A stretch of DNA of 63,283 bases, filler included, from Basidiobolus ranarum (lineage: Eukaryota), in assembly GCA_040143965.1 (NCBI GenBank). It is 7 parts of 7 records of this genome, joined end to end, with 100 filler letters (N's around TTAATTAATTAA, not from the genome) between each part and the next. Parts side by side here need not be neighbours in the genome. Positions count along the whole stretch, not along the records: positions 9,082 to 18,053 come from JASJQH010007768.1; positions 18,154 to 27,118 come from JASJQH010007769.1; 5 more parts are not named here. One strand, given 5' to 3'. The first letter of the stretch is position 1, and the number at the start of each line of letters is the position of its first letter. The notes beneath the pieces are model-generated. The model was not told the DNA's origin. It saw only the letters and a list, made by a program, of their open reading frames with translations, and made no database searches. This document shows, piece by piece, positions 12,250 to 23,900 of this stretch. A program made the translations under genes and the position numbers.

Positions 12250-13750
12250 AAAGCATTGAATTTATGGCCCACCACACATAATTGAAATTTTGGAATGTCT
12301 AAGATTCTGGACATTCTTAGGCGTACTAACGCGTAGAATACTCTCATCAGAAGTGTTGGTTTTCATTGATATGAGGGTTAGGCCGAGAGGTGTTTTCGTG
12401 AGGATAATGGCCACTCAAGTTGTAGTTATGTTTACCCGACTAGTGGTTATAAACTCTAACGTTCATTCGCTTCGGGTGTACCATCAGTCCCATACAAATG
12501 TGTAGTGGTATACCAGATTACGCCGTTGAGAGTGCAAGACCTTTATGGGATATGGGATCTACAATGCTACATATTTCTATTTGCTTCTCCCGACTAACAA
12601 AGCTTCGCGCAGTTTCTGTCACAGGTGCGTCTTTCCTAGGTGCAATGGCAGTTGAAATAGAGAATGATCTACTATGAGCAGATAGATGTACTTCAGTAAT
12701 TGTGACAACAATAGAATCTTCTGTGACAAAGGGTTGACGGTCGTGGTGAAGACATGATTTTGTTAGATGATTTCCTGTAAACCGCTACCTCTCGTCAGTG
12801 AGGACAGGCTAACAATGGACAGAAAATCCAGACTACTTTTAGGCTTCAAAAACAGGGAATTTTAGTGATTTAAGGGTTTGATAAGTTTATACGATATTTT
12901 TGAAGTGTGCACGAGTGTGATGGCGAAAAGTGACGACAACTAAGCAGCTCAATTGATCCATCGCTTTGGCAAGCCGATTGTATTCGAAGACGTATAATGC
13001 TCCGAGATTCACCAAATTCAGATACTTCGTGGTCACAGTAATCTATTTTTTGAATCAATTCACAGAATGGAATAGAAGGTTAGTAGTACTATATTTAATA
13101 ACTCTGGTTAAATCATAGAACTCTTTAGCAAAGGTAACTTTATTTATGGTAGATTCGGAAGATTTGTCGCATATCAGATACTGAGGAAGTACACACCCCA
13201 TTTAGACTTAGTTTATTATCATAAGGTGATTCCTTCGTACTAGAAGCTGATGAGTCCCTTAGTGAATATTAAGCTCTAGGAGTATCTATCTAGGTCTTGA
13301 GGTCAATGAGTAAGTCGGAATGTTGACTGTTTTCAGTGTTAAGCAAGATTCAAGGACCATGATTGATAATCGTCAAACTGCTCCATTATAGAAGGATCCC
13401 AGTTGCATTGATTTGTGGAAATACTTCGTGATATTTACAAACCCTTGATTCAGCTTGTGACTGTAGTCAATGTACTCCAGCAATTAATGCAGTAGTAGTT
13501 ATTGAAATATTGGAGTCGAGTTGCAATAGGAACTTTACACAGTTGGAAACGTTGAAAATCTCATCCTAAATGGAAATAATTTCCTCCAAACATACAAATT
13601 TACACTAACTCCGTAATGAATCAGTAAATATCAATCCCCTGAATCCAACTATTTTGTAACATATCTATAGCATCCCTAGATATTTTCAGTATGAGGTGCT
13701 TCAACGTATTTGTAATAAGTAATTGCTTTGTGTAAGTACGCCAGCGTCAA
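12250..13750 (-). mobile_element. Highly decayed non-LTR retrotransposon relic (RT + RNase H)
   Basis: Broken motifs on the minus strand: EEIISI*DEIFN (cf. QGEVISPLLWRIFYD), KWGVYF (cf. KYLGVYF), FVWTDGT and VAIIL (RNase H); many stops and frameshifts. Confidence 0.35.
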
Positions 13751-16485
13751 CATATTCCGAAATAGATCTCTTTTCAGCTCGGGCGTGGAAGTAGAATTAA
13801 GAATATCTGCGTTGTTTTTGCTATTTGTTGTTCACACATAGTTTTCCATATTCAGTAGAAAATATGGTTCATTGGCCAGATATCAACAACGAACTTATAT
13901 CAACCTTAACATAGCTATTAATGACTGTGTGTGTTTCGGTCATGCAAATTATTAGGAAATATTACGTAAGTAACCTGATAACTGCTCAAACCATGCATTT
14001 CAGATACTCCTTATCGTTAGTTTGAATTGGTCCTCTTCCGATCTACAATTGTTGTAAACTTGAAAAGGCGATATGCCATCGGGAAGCTATAAAATATCGG
14101 TAATATATGTGGAAGAACTGTGTTGGTATTTGGATAATTCACTTGTAGTTAGGGAATGGAAATATCTGTGCGAAAACAAGTGCAATATAAATCCGCGAGT
14201 TATCCTCTCCATAGTGATAGAATTAGCTAACCTTCCACATATCATGAGTCTTCCAACATCTACACTCTCCGCTGTAAACCAAATCAATATGTTGTGCGAC
14301 AAAAGCGACAATCCCTCTTTTCTCTGGTCAGGTTAGTTAGTCCACGGTAGTTTCAGTCTTGTGAAGTCTCGTGGTTTAGTTTCGGAAGGTCATTATTGGC
14401 AAAGGCTCAGCAATGACATTCGTGGGTCATGTCTGGCGATGAATATTTGGCAAATCAAGGTTAAATTTCGCGTTCTGGTCCGAATATCACCATGTTAAAG
14501 TTGCGATCGAATGAGCAGCCTCGAAAACCTTCATCACATTGCTCGTAATGAACTAAGACGGGTAACTTTTTACAAGCTGGAGAATTAACAGAATCAAGTT
14601 TCATCTTGCCAAGCCATAGAGAAATAGAAGCTATGACTTTATTAAGAATGATTTATCACTGTCCCTCCAGGATATAGATGTAGGTGAAACGGGCAATCCT
14701 AATATAGAGTTGCTTAAGCAATCTAAATAAGCATCAAGTGAAGAGGACGGGTACACATTGGCGAAGTTTGTGAAACGAAGCAATTTACATATTCAGCCAG
14801 TCCAAACTACCACCTCATGGTTACCTACTAAGCTCGATCCAGGGCCATCACGCGTTTGAAATTTCGAATGTTTCTAGATATCTGAGAAGAAAAAGGAATG
14901 AAACCGAATGATAATGGATGTCTTGGCTCGTGGACGTTTACCAGAAGATTTGAGAGCTGAGATGACTAACCTCCTACCCTTTATGGCCAAGTCTTTTGAG
15001 CTCGGAATTATATCCAAAGTGCACAATCAAAAGATGTCATACTAGCACCGTAAATTCGTGAATCTAGACACAAGTGGATCCTATGATGTTTTGAAAGAAA
15101 TTTTGGAACGATTATAATCATTTTTGGAATTACGAATCCGGTAGTGACGAAAATCATCGCAAAAGAATGATCTATCAAGTTAAAGATAAAGCCATGGAAA
15201 ACCTGGCCAATACCGATGGAAGTGGTTTGCCTAACGAACTCTTGCCAAAATAATTATGTCATTTCCAGCGTTAAATAATGCGAATACACACAATCCTAAT
15301 TCCCCACCACCTCATGACAAATATTCCTTCCATAGAAACCAATTCCGATTAGGGAGATGCACCAATACCTCATCGCACCTTACCAAGTAGCCAACTTGCT
15401 CAGTAAGATTGAACATGTCGCCGTGCAAGTTATGTCAAAGCTTGCTCAAGACAATATTCCGTCCAGCGTGGGCTGCAGCTTACCCATAGCGAAATGCCCA
15501 TTGTCCGTCGGTAGAGCATTATTGACTGCGTTTGCTTTGGGGTATGGAGGAACTTGCCTCATAAAGCGCACGGCATTCAAATCGATCCGTGTGCAACATG
15601 CCAATAACAAACATTGTATCCTATGTTATTTAATGCAATTCAATCAATTCATCGAAGGATATCTTACTGCTTACAAAGAGGCCGACTACTCCGTTTTTTT
15701 GCTGAAATTGTCCAAATCGAGATGGCCATGAATGTGCCCCTAGTCACCTGACCAGCTAAAAGTTGGTTCGAGAAAAAAACGTGTTTGCTAGAGCGAATGC
15801 AATCAATGCCTCAACAGCCTTATTCCCGATTATCCATCAGAAAGCGAGTGGGCCTTTGGACGACGTCTCGTGCAAGCTCTGATTTGGTGCACATGGACCC
15901 TAGGGCCTAAGCTTTTGGTTCAGATGAAAATAAAAGATTCGCTGTGGTATCCATTGATCGGATGCTGCCCTCTTGGACAGAGTTCTGAAGCGGTGAGCCA
16001 CTGAAGACGTTGAGGGGGCTCAGTCGACCACCCCATACCGATAGATGCGGCTACAATCCCTCCATTGACCTAGTCCGACGAATCCTATCAAAGCTTCAGC
16101 GATGCGAAGGCCTAAGAATGAAAATGGAATAGATTAGGGGATGGAAAACGGCAGTTTCCCATAAATCCAGAATCGGAGTTTTCTGTGGACTGTGCTGAAT
16201 GGAATCACACTGTCCAATCGACCAAGACCTTCTGATTGATAATAAGGGAAGCCATACCGCATTGTCAATTGGTTTAAGAAAATTCTATAGATCTTATTTT
16301 GTACATGCAGGAGGATATTTATGGTTAGATGTTTTTGTCAATACATTCTGAATCAGATTTATTTTGGACCAAGTTATATATCATGAACACGAATTTTTTA
16401 AAAAAAGATAAGACATGTTATGAATATATGTATCGTATCTAGCGTTCTTACTTTAGCCCCCCCATATTCAATAGAAGAATAAACC

Positions 16486-17413
16486 ATGGCCTCTTCGTTC
16501 ATATGTATATTAACACACGGAACAGATGCTCGCTTCGTATATTTATCACCCACTTTTGACCAAGTAATAGGTCATGCTGGATTGGAGCTAATTGGAAATA
16601 GTGTTGCTCTTTTGACGCCAAATTACGAAACCGTAGCCCCGATTCTAGATTGTCTCATGGAGTTACAAACCTACGGCACTATTATATACAATAACGTTAA
16701 AACAAGATCTGGATTTGTCACCTTAGAAACAGTATTTTTCTGCTGCGAGGGACTTTACGTAACCACAAACAGAACCATCAGCTCTGGTGATTTCGTTAGA
16801 AGCAACTTACTAGGTACCACTTCCTATTTTTCTTTGCCTATATTGCGCGACTAATTAAGAGGTTTAAAAGAGAGCACGTGTATGGCAGAAAATATTGTCA
16901 TGATTGACAACAAAGAAGTACGAGTAAGGGTAAGTGAGCTAATGGACATGAAAGGCGAAACCTCGTTTAACTCGATATTTTCTGTAGGGCTGTCCAGAAG
17001 TTCTCCATACCAAAGAAGAAATATTTAAGGCGCTTTCGCAAAGCACACCATCCTACCCACCAAAAAGCCCAAGAGTCTGCTTAATATTGGATCGATTTTC
17101 CGAGTTTCTGCCCATTATGTATGCCACCGAAAGTAGTGAACAGGTGCTAGGCTTCAAACCAAGTCAACTTATTGGCACCTCGTTTTATTCGTATGTTGAT
17201 CCAGATGAGCTATACGAGGTTCAAGAGGAGATGATGGATATGAAGATCGGTCAATTCAGAACACTAACCAGTCTATTTGAGTTCACATTTGTATCTCCCA
17301 ACGGGTCATTCGATGTTAAAGCAGGTTTGTGCTTCTCAAGCGACGGGATTGTAGCCGTGTTGAGTCCCATCAATCCTTTTGAATTCTTTGAGCCAGGCTT
17401 TCCGTTAATTTGA
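16486..17413 (+). CDS. Tandem PAS-domain protein (3 exons)
   Basis: PAS1 ARFVYLSPTFDQVIGHAGLELIGNS; PAS2 PRVCLILDRFSEFLPIMYATESSEQVLGFKPSQLIGTSFYSYVDPDEL...SSDGIVAVL; two GT-AG introns at about 16814-16870 and 16930-16987. Confidence 0.8.
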
Positions 17414-18053
17414 TTCATTACATCCACGATATCCGAAGTCCCTAGTTCTCATTAGTATAACTGAAGAAGCAGTGGATAAAATATTTAGAGACGCCTCAAC
17501 TTTGATTGGACTCCCAGTGGGCACTAAAGTAAATGAATTCCATATAACATAAGCCCATTGTCCATGTGTTCAATATCGCTTGAAGCGACCTCGTTTTTGT
17601 AGCTTTTTCTTAAGTTTAATGTACCCTTCTTATTTGTAATCCATACACCTTGATATTTTGAAGAAAATCTGGCACAATTTAGACGCTGATTAAAAGGAAC
17701 ATTCATAATAACAAAATACTTTTTATTCCATCCTACTGACTAGTGTTACAAATCCACCTATACTGACACATATGTACTTTACATTCTCTTCTCAAGGTCT
17801 GCTAACAAACTAGCTAACCTTGGGATGCCAATTACAGTACAAGTACTCCATGGAGCTGACTGACCCCTTCACGTTATTAAACCATTGACATCTTAGCCTC
17901 CTACTTTCTCTCATGGGACCTATTGTTAGACCCACGTTCTTCTCTTGAAAATAACTGCGGTAGTTTTGGAAGTTTAAAACCATGTGTCCAGCCCTCAGAT
18001 AATTCGAGTTCGAGATCAAACTTTCCCGAAAATAATTTTAAAAATTTAAATTA

Positions 18054-18153
18054 NNNNNNNNNNNNNNNNNNNNNNNNNNNNNNNNNNNNNNNNNNNNTTA
18101 ATTAATTAANNNNNNNNNNNNNNNNNNNNNNNNNNNNNNNNNNNNNNNNNNNN
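18054..18153. other. Artificial contig linker
   Basis: N44-TTAATTAATTAA-N44. Confidence 0.98.
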
Positions 18154-19204
18154 TTTCAGGCGCTGTTGTTATCCCATTGGGACCAGCCATGAGCCAAGGT
18201 TCTCATGACTCTTGGTATCCACTACTAACTAAGCATGGTAAGCCTGCTGGAGATATTTATATTGAGATGGATTTCAAACGGTAAATAAAGTCACATCGAA
18301 ACTGCTCGAAATTACTTCACATCGATGAATGAAATATAATTTGCTTGTATACTTTGTCAGTATAATCCACTACAGGATCAGGTAGAAGTTGATATTCCAT
18401 AGGAGAGGTTAATTGTAGTACCATCAATCAGGTGTTCAAAATAGGCTTTGGAATGACTACTACTAATTATTGTGTTTCATCTTTGTACACTGTTGTGAAT
18501 GTCCCAATGATCAAGATATATTTTATCTGTTAAAACGCTTGGGGCATCTACTTAAATTATGTGTGTGGTTATGAGACGTGTTAACTGCCTGTTTGTGACC
18601 CAGCTTATGTATGCCTCTTACTATCCTCTTCTGAGTTATCTGCTTGTCAATTTTCTGCATTCTTTTAACTACCGCAAAGTATTCGCAATTCACTAAAATA
18701 TACTTATTAATATACTCAGCAAGAGTGTTGACCAATATATACATAGTAGTTTTTAGAGGGTCCTTCACTCCGAATCACCCATCATTTTCGAATCGGTTGG
18801 TCAGAAGGGCTCTCTGAGCTGTGAATGTACCAACTGTTGGTCCTTACCAAAAAATGGTTGTTTATGGCGGGTTTCCCATGTAGTACAAGTTGCAAGTTAA
18901 TTCGAAAGGGATCACAGTGTTTGCGCTACAATCACTGATTGTAATCTTTGAATAGATAAGTATATTTTAGGTGACTTTTGGATTGAACTTTTGGGGCTAG
19001 TTGTAGCTTTCCTCTAGTAAACCACAACAAGGTTGGCTAAAAAATGACCACAATGTATCAAAGAAAATGGGCTTAATACTTGCCTATAGTGTTTTCAATT
19101 TTATCATACTTGATTCTGCTGATTTGCACTCATTGTGTTAAGTTAAAAGTATTTCTATATAAAAAAGAAAAATACCATCAGGGTTGAGTAACTAAGGTGC
19201 CAAG

Positions 19205-19521
19205 TGTTCAAAATGACATAGCTATACAGTTAGCTACCTAAATTTCACTATGTTACTATTCAATATCTTCATAAGGAATGTACTTGGAATATTGAGACCA
19301 ACTTGGAAGTTTGAAGAATATATAATTTTCTCAAACCTGACCAAGAGACCCCAAACTTTGTACATATTCCTGGGATCTTCCTGAACATATTCTAACGTTG
19401 TTTTGTCTACTTCTTGACACAGGTATAAATGTCAACTTGCACTCAATTAATCATTAAGTGAAAACCGCCAATTCTTCTAGTTCTCCAAATCACTTCCAAC
19501 AACTCCCAAAATACTTCAACA
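19205..19521 (+). mobile_element. Solo LTR, family A, with perfect 5-bp TSD
   Basis: TGTTCAAA...CTTCAACA termini flanked by CCAAG (19200-19204) and CCAAG (19522-19526). Confidence 0.88.
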
Positions 19522-21008
19522 CCAAGAAAGTTGAGGGACAATCTTGTCTGTGATCAAAATTCTTGAGATGTATCTAACTTATTATTTTGACTTGAATGCT
19601 TGGTTAGTGGAAATGGAATTTGCTAGTGATGATGTTTGAATATTTAATTGCTCAACTCTAATGTTTTAACAGATGCAGCATTTTGAGTCTTCAATATAAA
19701 ACAAGGATTTTCCATAATTATGAGCCTGTGGTAAGATAGTGACTCAGTAATTTCAAAATCAAATAATAACTAAAAATGACCTTACCTTGCTCGCAGTCAA
19801 CTGTTCAAATAAGCCGTACATTGCGTGAGTATCCAAGTTCTTAACTACAATATTTCAATAATAAGATGCGATATATATATTAGTATAATACTTTGGCATC
19901 TTGTCTTATAACCGAGTTCACCCTTTGTCCCACCGAATAGAACTGCAGATCATCGACTCGCAACTGTCACCTCACCAAAGCCGACTTCACACGTAGTATT
20001 CTACCATGGCTAATATCTAGATGGTGTATCTTCATTTATTAGCTGACTCTATTCCCACTGAACTTGTGGTGTTGTGTTGCTAAAATATAAGCTATTTTAT
20101 TAGATGAATCATTCTATCAAGCTAGGAAAGGCAGGAAAAATATTCAGGCAATATCTATAAGTATAAAAAGTATTTTAAGCAGAAAAAAGGGAGAGCCGCC
20201 GCGCAAATCAATAATATGCTATCCCTAGGATGCCTGTCGCTATCATTCATCAGCAGTTAATACTTAGGTCAAGCAACAAAATCGATTCTATCGGCAATTC
20301 GAATACTAATAGCTCTAGATTGGATGTATATTTAATGTAAACGCCATTCATTTGACGTTTCTGCCCAGCACTTCAGTTGATAGCTACTAAATCCAGCCGA
20401 AGTGGTCTTTTTGGCAAACCTGAGCTTTGGTATCTATTTTCGGGTATCCTTGAATGAATAGCCATAATCTGTGAATATAGAGTAGACTGGTTCGTATAGT
20501 GATGGATTGGAACCTATCTATTTTCGCTACATATCTTCACCTGACGCACTGACTTGGAATATATATGTATCCATGCTGCTATTGTATGATAGACCGGTGT
20601 TGAAAGTTTCTAATTCGCATGATGTCCGAGCAATATTCCAATTAAAAGCTCATGTTAGCTCAGATCAAGTAACTGGGCTGACAAGTTCTAGATCTGGAAT
20701 TCTACATTCAAAGGCCTCGGGATTGGGAGCCTACTAGTAGATAAACAAGTGAGGTCTCACAGATGAATTATGCCAATCACTTCTTATCACATGGGGTGGT
20801 TGGAGTAGAGTAGATCCAATCACGTATTGGAATGAGAAAAGTTGGCACGGAATCTGGAAAAGGAAAGTGTGGAGTTTCTCTATTCATTGTCAAACTAAAG
20901 TCAGTATTTTGCAAATTTCTTTAGCAATCCTAATTCTTTCCTCATGTTTAGAATATTGAATCTAAGGAATATTTCGGATTCAGGCTCCCGATTAAACATA
21001 TTGGAAAG

Positions 21009-21016
21009 TATAAATA
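21009..21016 (+). promoter_or_regulatory. Candidate TATA box of the CHAP gene
   Basis: TATAAATA about 70 bp upstream of ATG 21081. Confidence 0.5.
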
Positions 21017-21080
21017 CCTGAGCTTGAGACATATCTGAATTCATCAAACTATTGGATTCTCAATTGTCTACATAAGAAAG

Positions 21081-21617
21081 ATGGTCAAGCTTTCCAGTAT
21101 CTTCTCTGTTGCCGTTGCAGTTTTTCTCTCAGGTGTCAACCCCGGAATCGCCGCACCAGTAGCTAATTCTACCGTAGTTGATCTACCAACTAATCAGACA
21201 GAGAGTAATAATCAAGTCAGCAAATTCGATGCTGCTACTCAACTCTATTCCTGCTCACGACAATTCCGGTTCAACAATGGTCAATGTACGGATTGGGCCG
21301 ATGGTCGTTACTACGAGTTAACATGTTGGCATACTCAATGGTGGGGCGATGCTCGTACATGGGCTAGCAAAGCTCGACAATTTAATGGTTGGGTAGTTTC
21401 TAATAGGCCTAGGGGTCCTTCCATCATAGTAATTCAACCAGGTTATCAGGGATGTGGTGCACCAGGCCATGTCGCTGTTGTTGAGCGCATTAACAACGAT
21501 GGCAGCGTATATACTAGCAATTGGAACTATCGTTGGAATGGATATGGAGGTGTCTACACCACTTCCTATGGTAATTTCTATCCAGGAAATGGTGTTCAAT
21601 TTATTTGGCATCAATAA
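21081..21617 (+). CDS. Secreted CHAP-domain protein (putative peptidoglycan amidase/endopeptidase), intronless, 178 aa
   Basis: Hydrophobic signal peptide, then GQCTDW (catalytic Cys), WGDARTWA, GWVVSNRP, GHVAVVERINNDGSV (catalytic His) and SNWN, in canonical CHAP order and spacing. Confidence 0.9.
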   Translation: MVKLSSIFSVAVAVFLSGVNPGIAAPVANSTVVDLPTNQTESNNQVSKFDAATQLYSCSRQFRFNNGQCTDWADGRYYELTCWHTQWWGDARTWASKARQFNGWVVSNRPRGPSIIVIQPGYQGCGAPGHVAVVERINNDGSVYTSNWNYRWNGYGGVYTTSYGNFYPGNGVQFIWHQ

Positions 21618-23900
21618 GGATTCTAGCACTGGTGAACGAGACTTTATATCTGCTGAGCAATATATCGACTTTTTGAAGATTCCCCTCTCAAGTTTTAGAA
21701 ACAAATAAATATTAAAATAGTCAACATTAGTATACCACTGAATCTTGTAGTAATATTTACAAATCGACGAGTGCAAAAGTCAACGGCATTGGCTTATTAT
21801 CGTATTACTTCTTTAGAGCATTCTTTGGAAATGGCTCTGAACCTTTTGACTGCCATTCGTAGCCAAAATATCAAAGCTCCACCAGACCACCATGTAGCTA
21901 ATGGAAATATTTGCAAAGTTAACACTGAATATATATCAACTGGCATCACTTTTATCCTTTTTTCGTTCCGTCATACTTCCTTTCCAAGAGCTCAGTTTAG
22001 ATTAGGTAAAGGTGATTTAGATCAAGATCCACTTATTTTCAATCTCTAGACCCCTATTTAGGCATTATGGGTTAAAAATAGAAATAAATGATGCCATTTG
22101 TACAGACAAAAAATCCTTTTTGACACCACTCGCGATCGACGAACGGATCTGGAGGCAGTGTAATTGGATTGAAATACCTAATGTAGTATTAGATTGAACC
22201 GACACTTCTGCATCTTTCCAATAGTAGGAGACAGTAGTGTATTAGCTCGATGACTATATTCTTCCTCAAATAAACAGGGTCCTACTAATGCCATTGTATG
22301 GTTGTACACCAGGGTTGCACCAGAGATCGAACCACCAAGAGAAAATCAAGTATTTTGAGAGCACCATTTAAGCAGATATTTCTTGAATCTTTGATATCTT
22401 TGCTTTTCAGCTGGTATCTCTCTGAGACGTCCATTTGAACTTTGAGTTGAATGGACAGTGTAGCATCACGTTCACCATCTTTCTATAAAACTACAATATT
22501 GTATGATCATCTCATGTAGCAGATACAATATGCAATCATTACTGCTATTTAGTGTACGGAAATAGTAACAACTCGATTTAAGTGTTGTCAAATGAACTAA
22601 CGATTGGCATGTTTCACGATTTGTGGTAGAATTTATGGCACCGATATGGGCTCGTTATATTTCAGATTAGAGGTTGAATATTCTTATTGCTAACTAAATC
22701 ATCTTGGCAGTTTATGCATAACCCTCCATTACTGTTTACAATTATGATGTATTTCTCGACGCTTGGCAATGTACTCCACCCTTCACTTGCTGCTTTATCC
22801 ACTAAAAATTTAAAAGAGAATCCTAAAGAGTTAACTGATATGGGTAATTATATCATATGTATTTGTTGATTACAAAATAGCATTAGAACGTATAGTATTC
22901 GTCTGAAGAGATGTTTCTGAAGCGCTGATACATTATACTCATAACGTTGCTTAGTTTATCTCTTTTTTATCCGCTACCGAAGAAAATATAATCAGGTGAG
23001 TGTAGTGACAATGAGGAACCTACCATTGAATGTACAGTATGTGTAATCAAGTATGATTCTGATTCTCTACTCTTTTGGTTTGGGTGCCTTTTTGGGGTGC
23101 GAGGTGATCTGGCTTTGTGACCTGTATAATAGATTATTAACAGGAGCTTCAAGAGTGGGATTGCCAAGGCTTCTTTTGCCGAAATATGATTAATAGAACC
23201 TTTATTACTGACGCATGACTGGAAAGGTATGCTACTAAAGTAAACAGATATTTATTAGAAACGGGACATAACAAACCTAGAAGCTGGTTCTTTTCCCTAT
23301 AGGCCATCTCAACTAACTACTGTCTTCATTTGATGAAACTCTGAAATTCAATGACCCATTATATAGTGTGCGATGAAAATGAAGCAGAAATCGAGGGTAC
23401 CTAAGGTGGTTTATTCTTCGCTTCTCACCAATTGCTAGTAAATATTCTTGGTGATTTCCAAATTTGAGCTCTGCAACTGAGTAGAATATTAGAAATTTAC
23501 TACTGAGCAATATAGGGACATCAAACCTTATTCTCGAGAAATCCGGTCATAGACTTGATTGTTCGCAATCTATGACTCAAGGCATATATGCCAAATTGGA
23601 ACAATATGTTTCCGTGAGGAACTGAAGCGACGATTAAATCTGTTGTACATATCCAATCAGGCTAAATCTCGCCTTAAAAAATAGTTGTAAATGAATTTTG
23701 ATTAGGAACATTGGAATAGGAATGATAAATCTCGAATTTAGTTTGATAATTGTACTTCAAATTTATTCTCTATTTGATGACAACTTGTGTCAACCGAGAG
23801 AAGGCTAGTTTGTTATTGTTGACTATATACTGTGGTTTATAAAACCTTAGGTTACACCCTACTCCATATTTGATATATACGCGTGCTAGCGAGAATAATA

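Noticed and set aside
15849-15875. WAFGRRL resembling the P450 heme motif
   Set aside because: No Cys ligand follows and no other P450 motifs were seen.
20445-20452. GTATCCTT, a U12-type donor-like sequence
   Set aside because: Not within any recognisable gene; no matching exon context.
21318-21776. 152-aa antisense ORF over the CHAP gene
   Set aside because: No recognisable motif; explained as antisense shadow.
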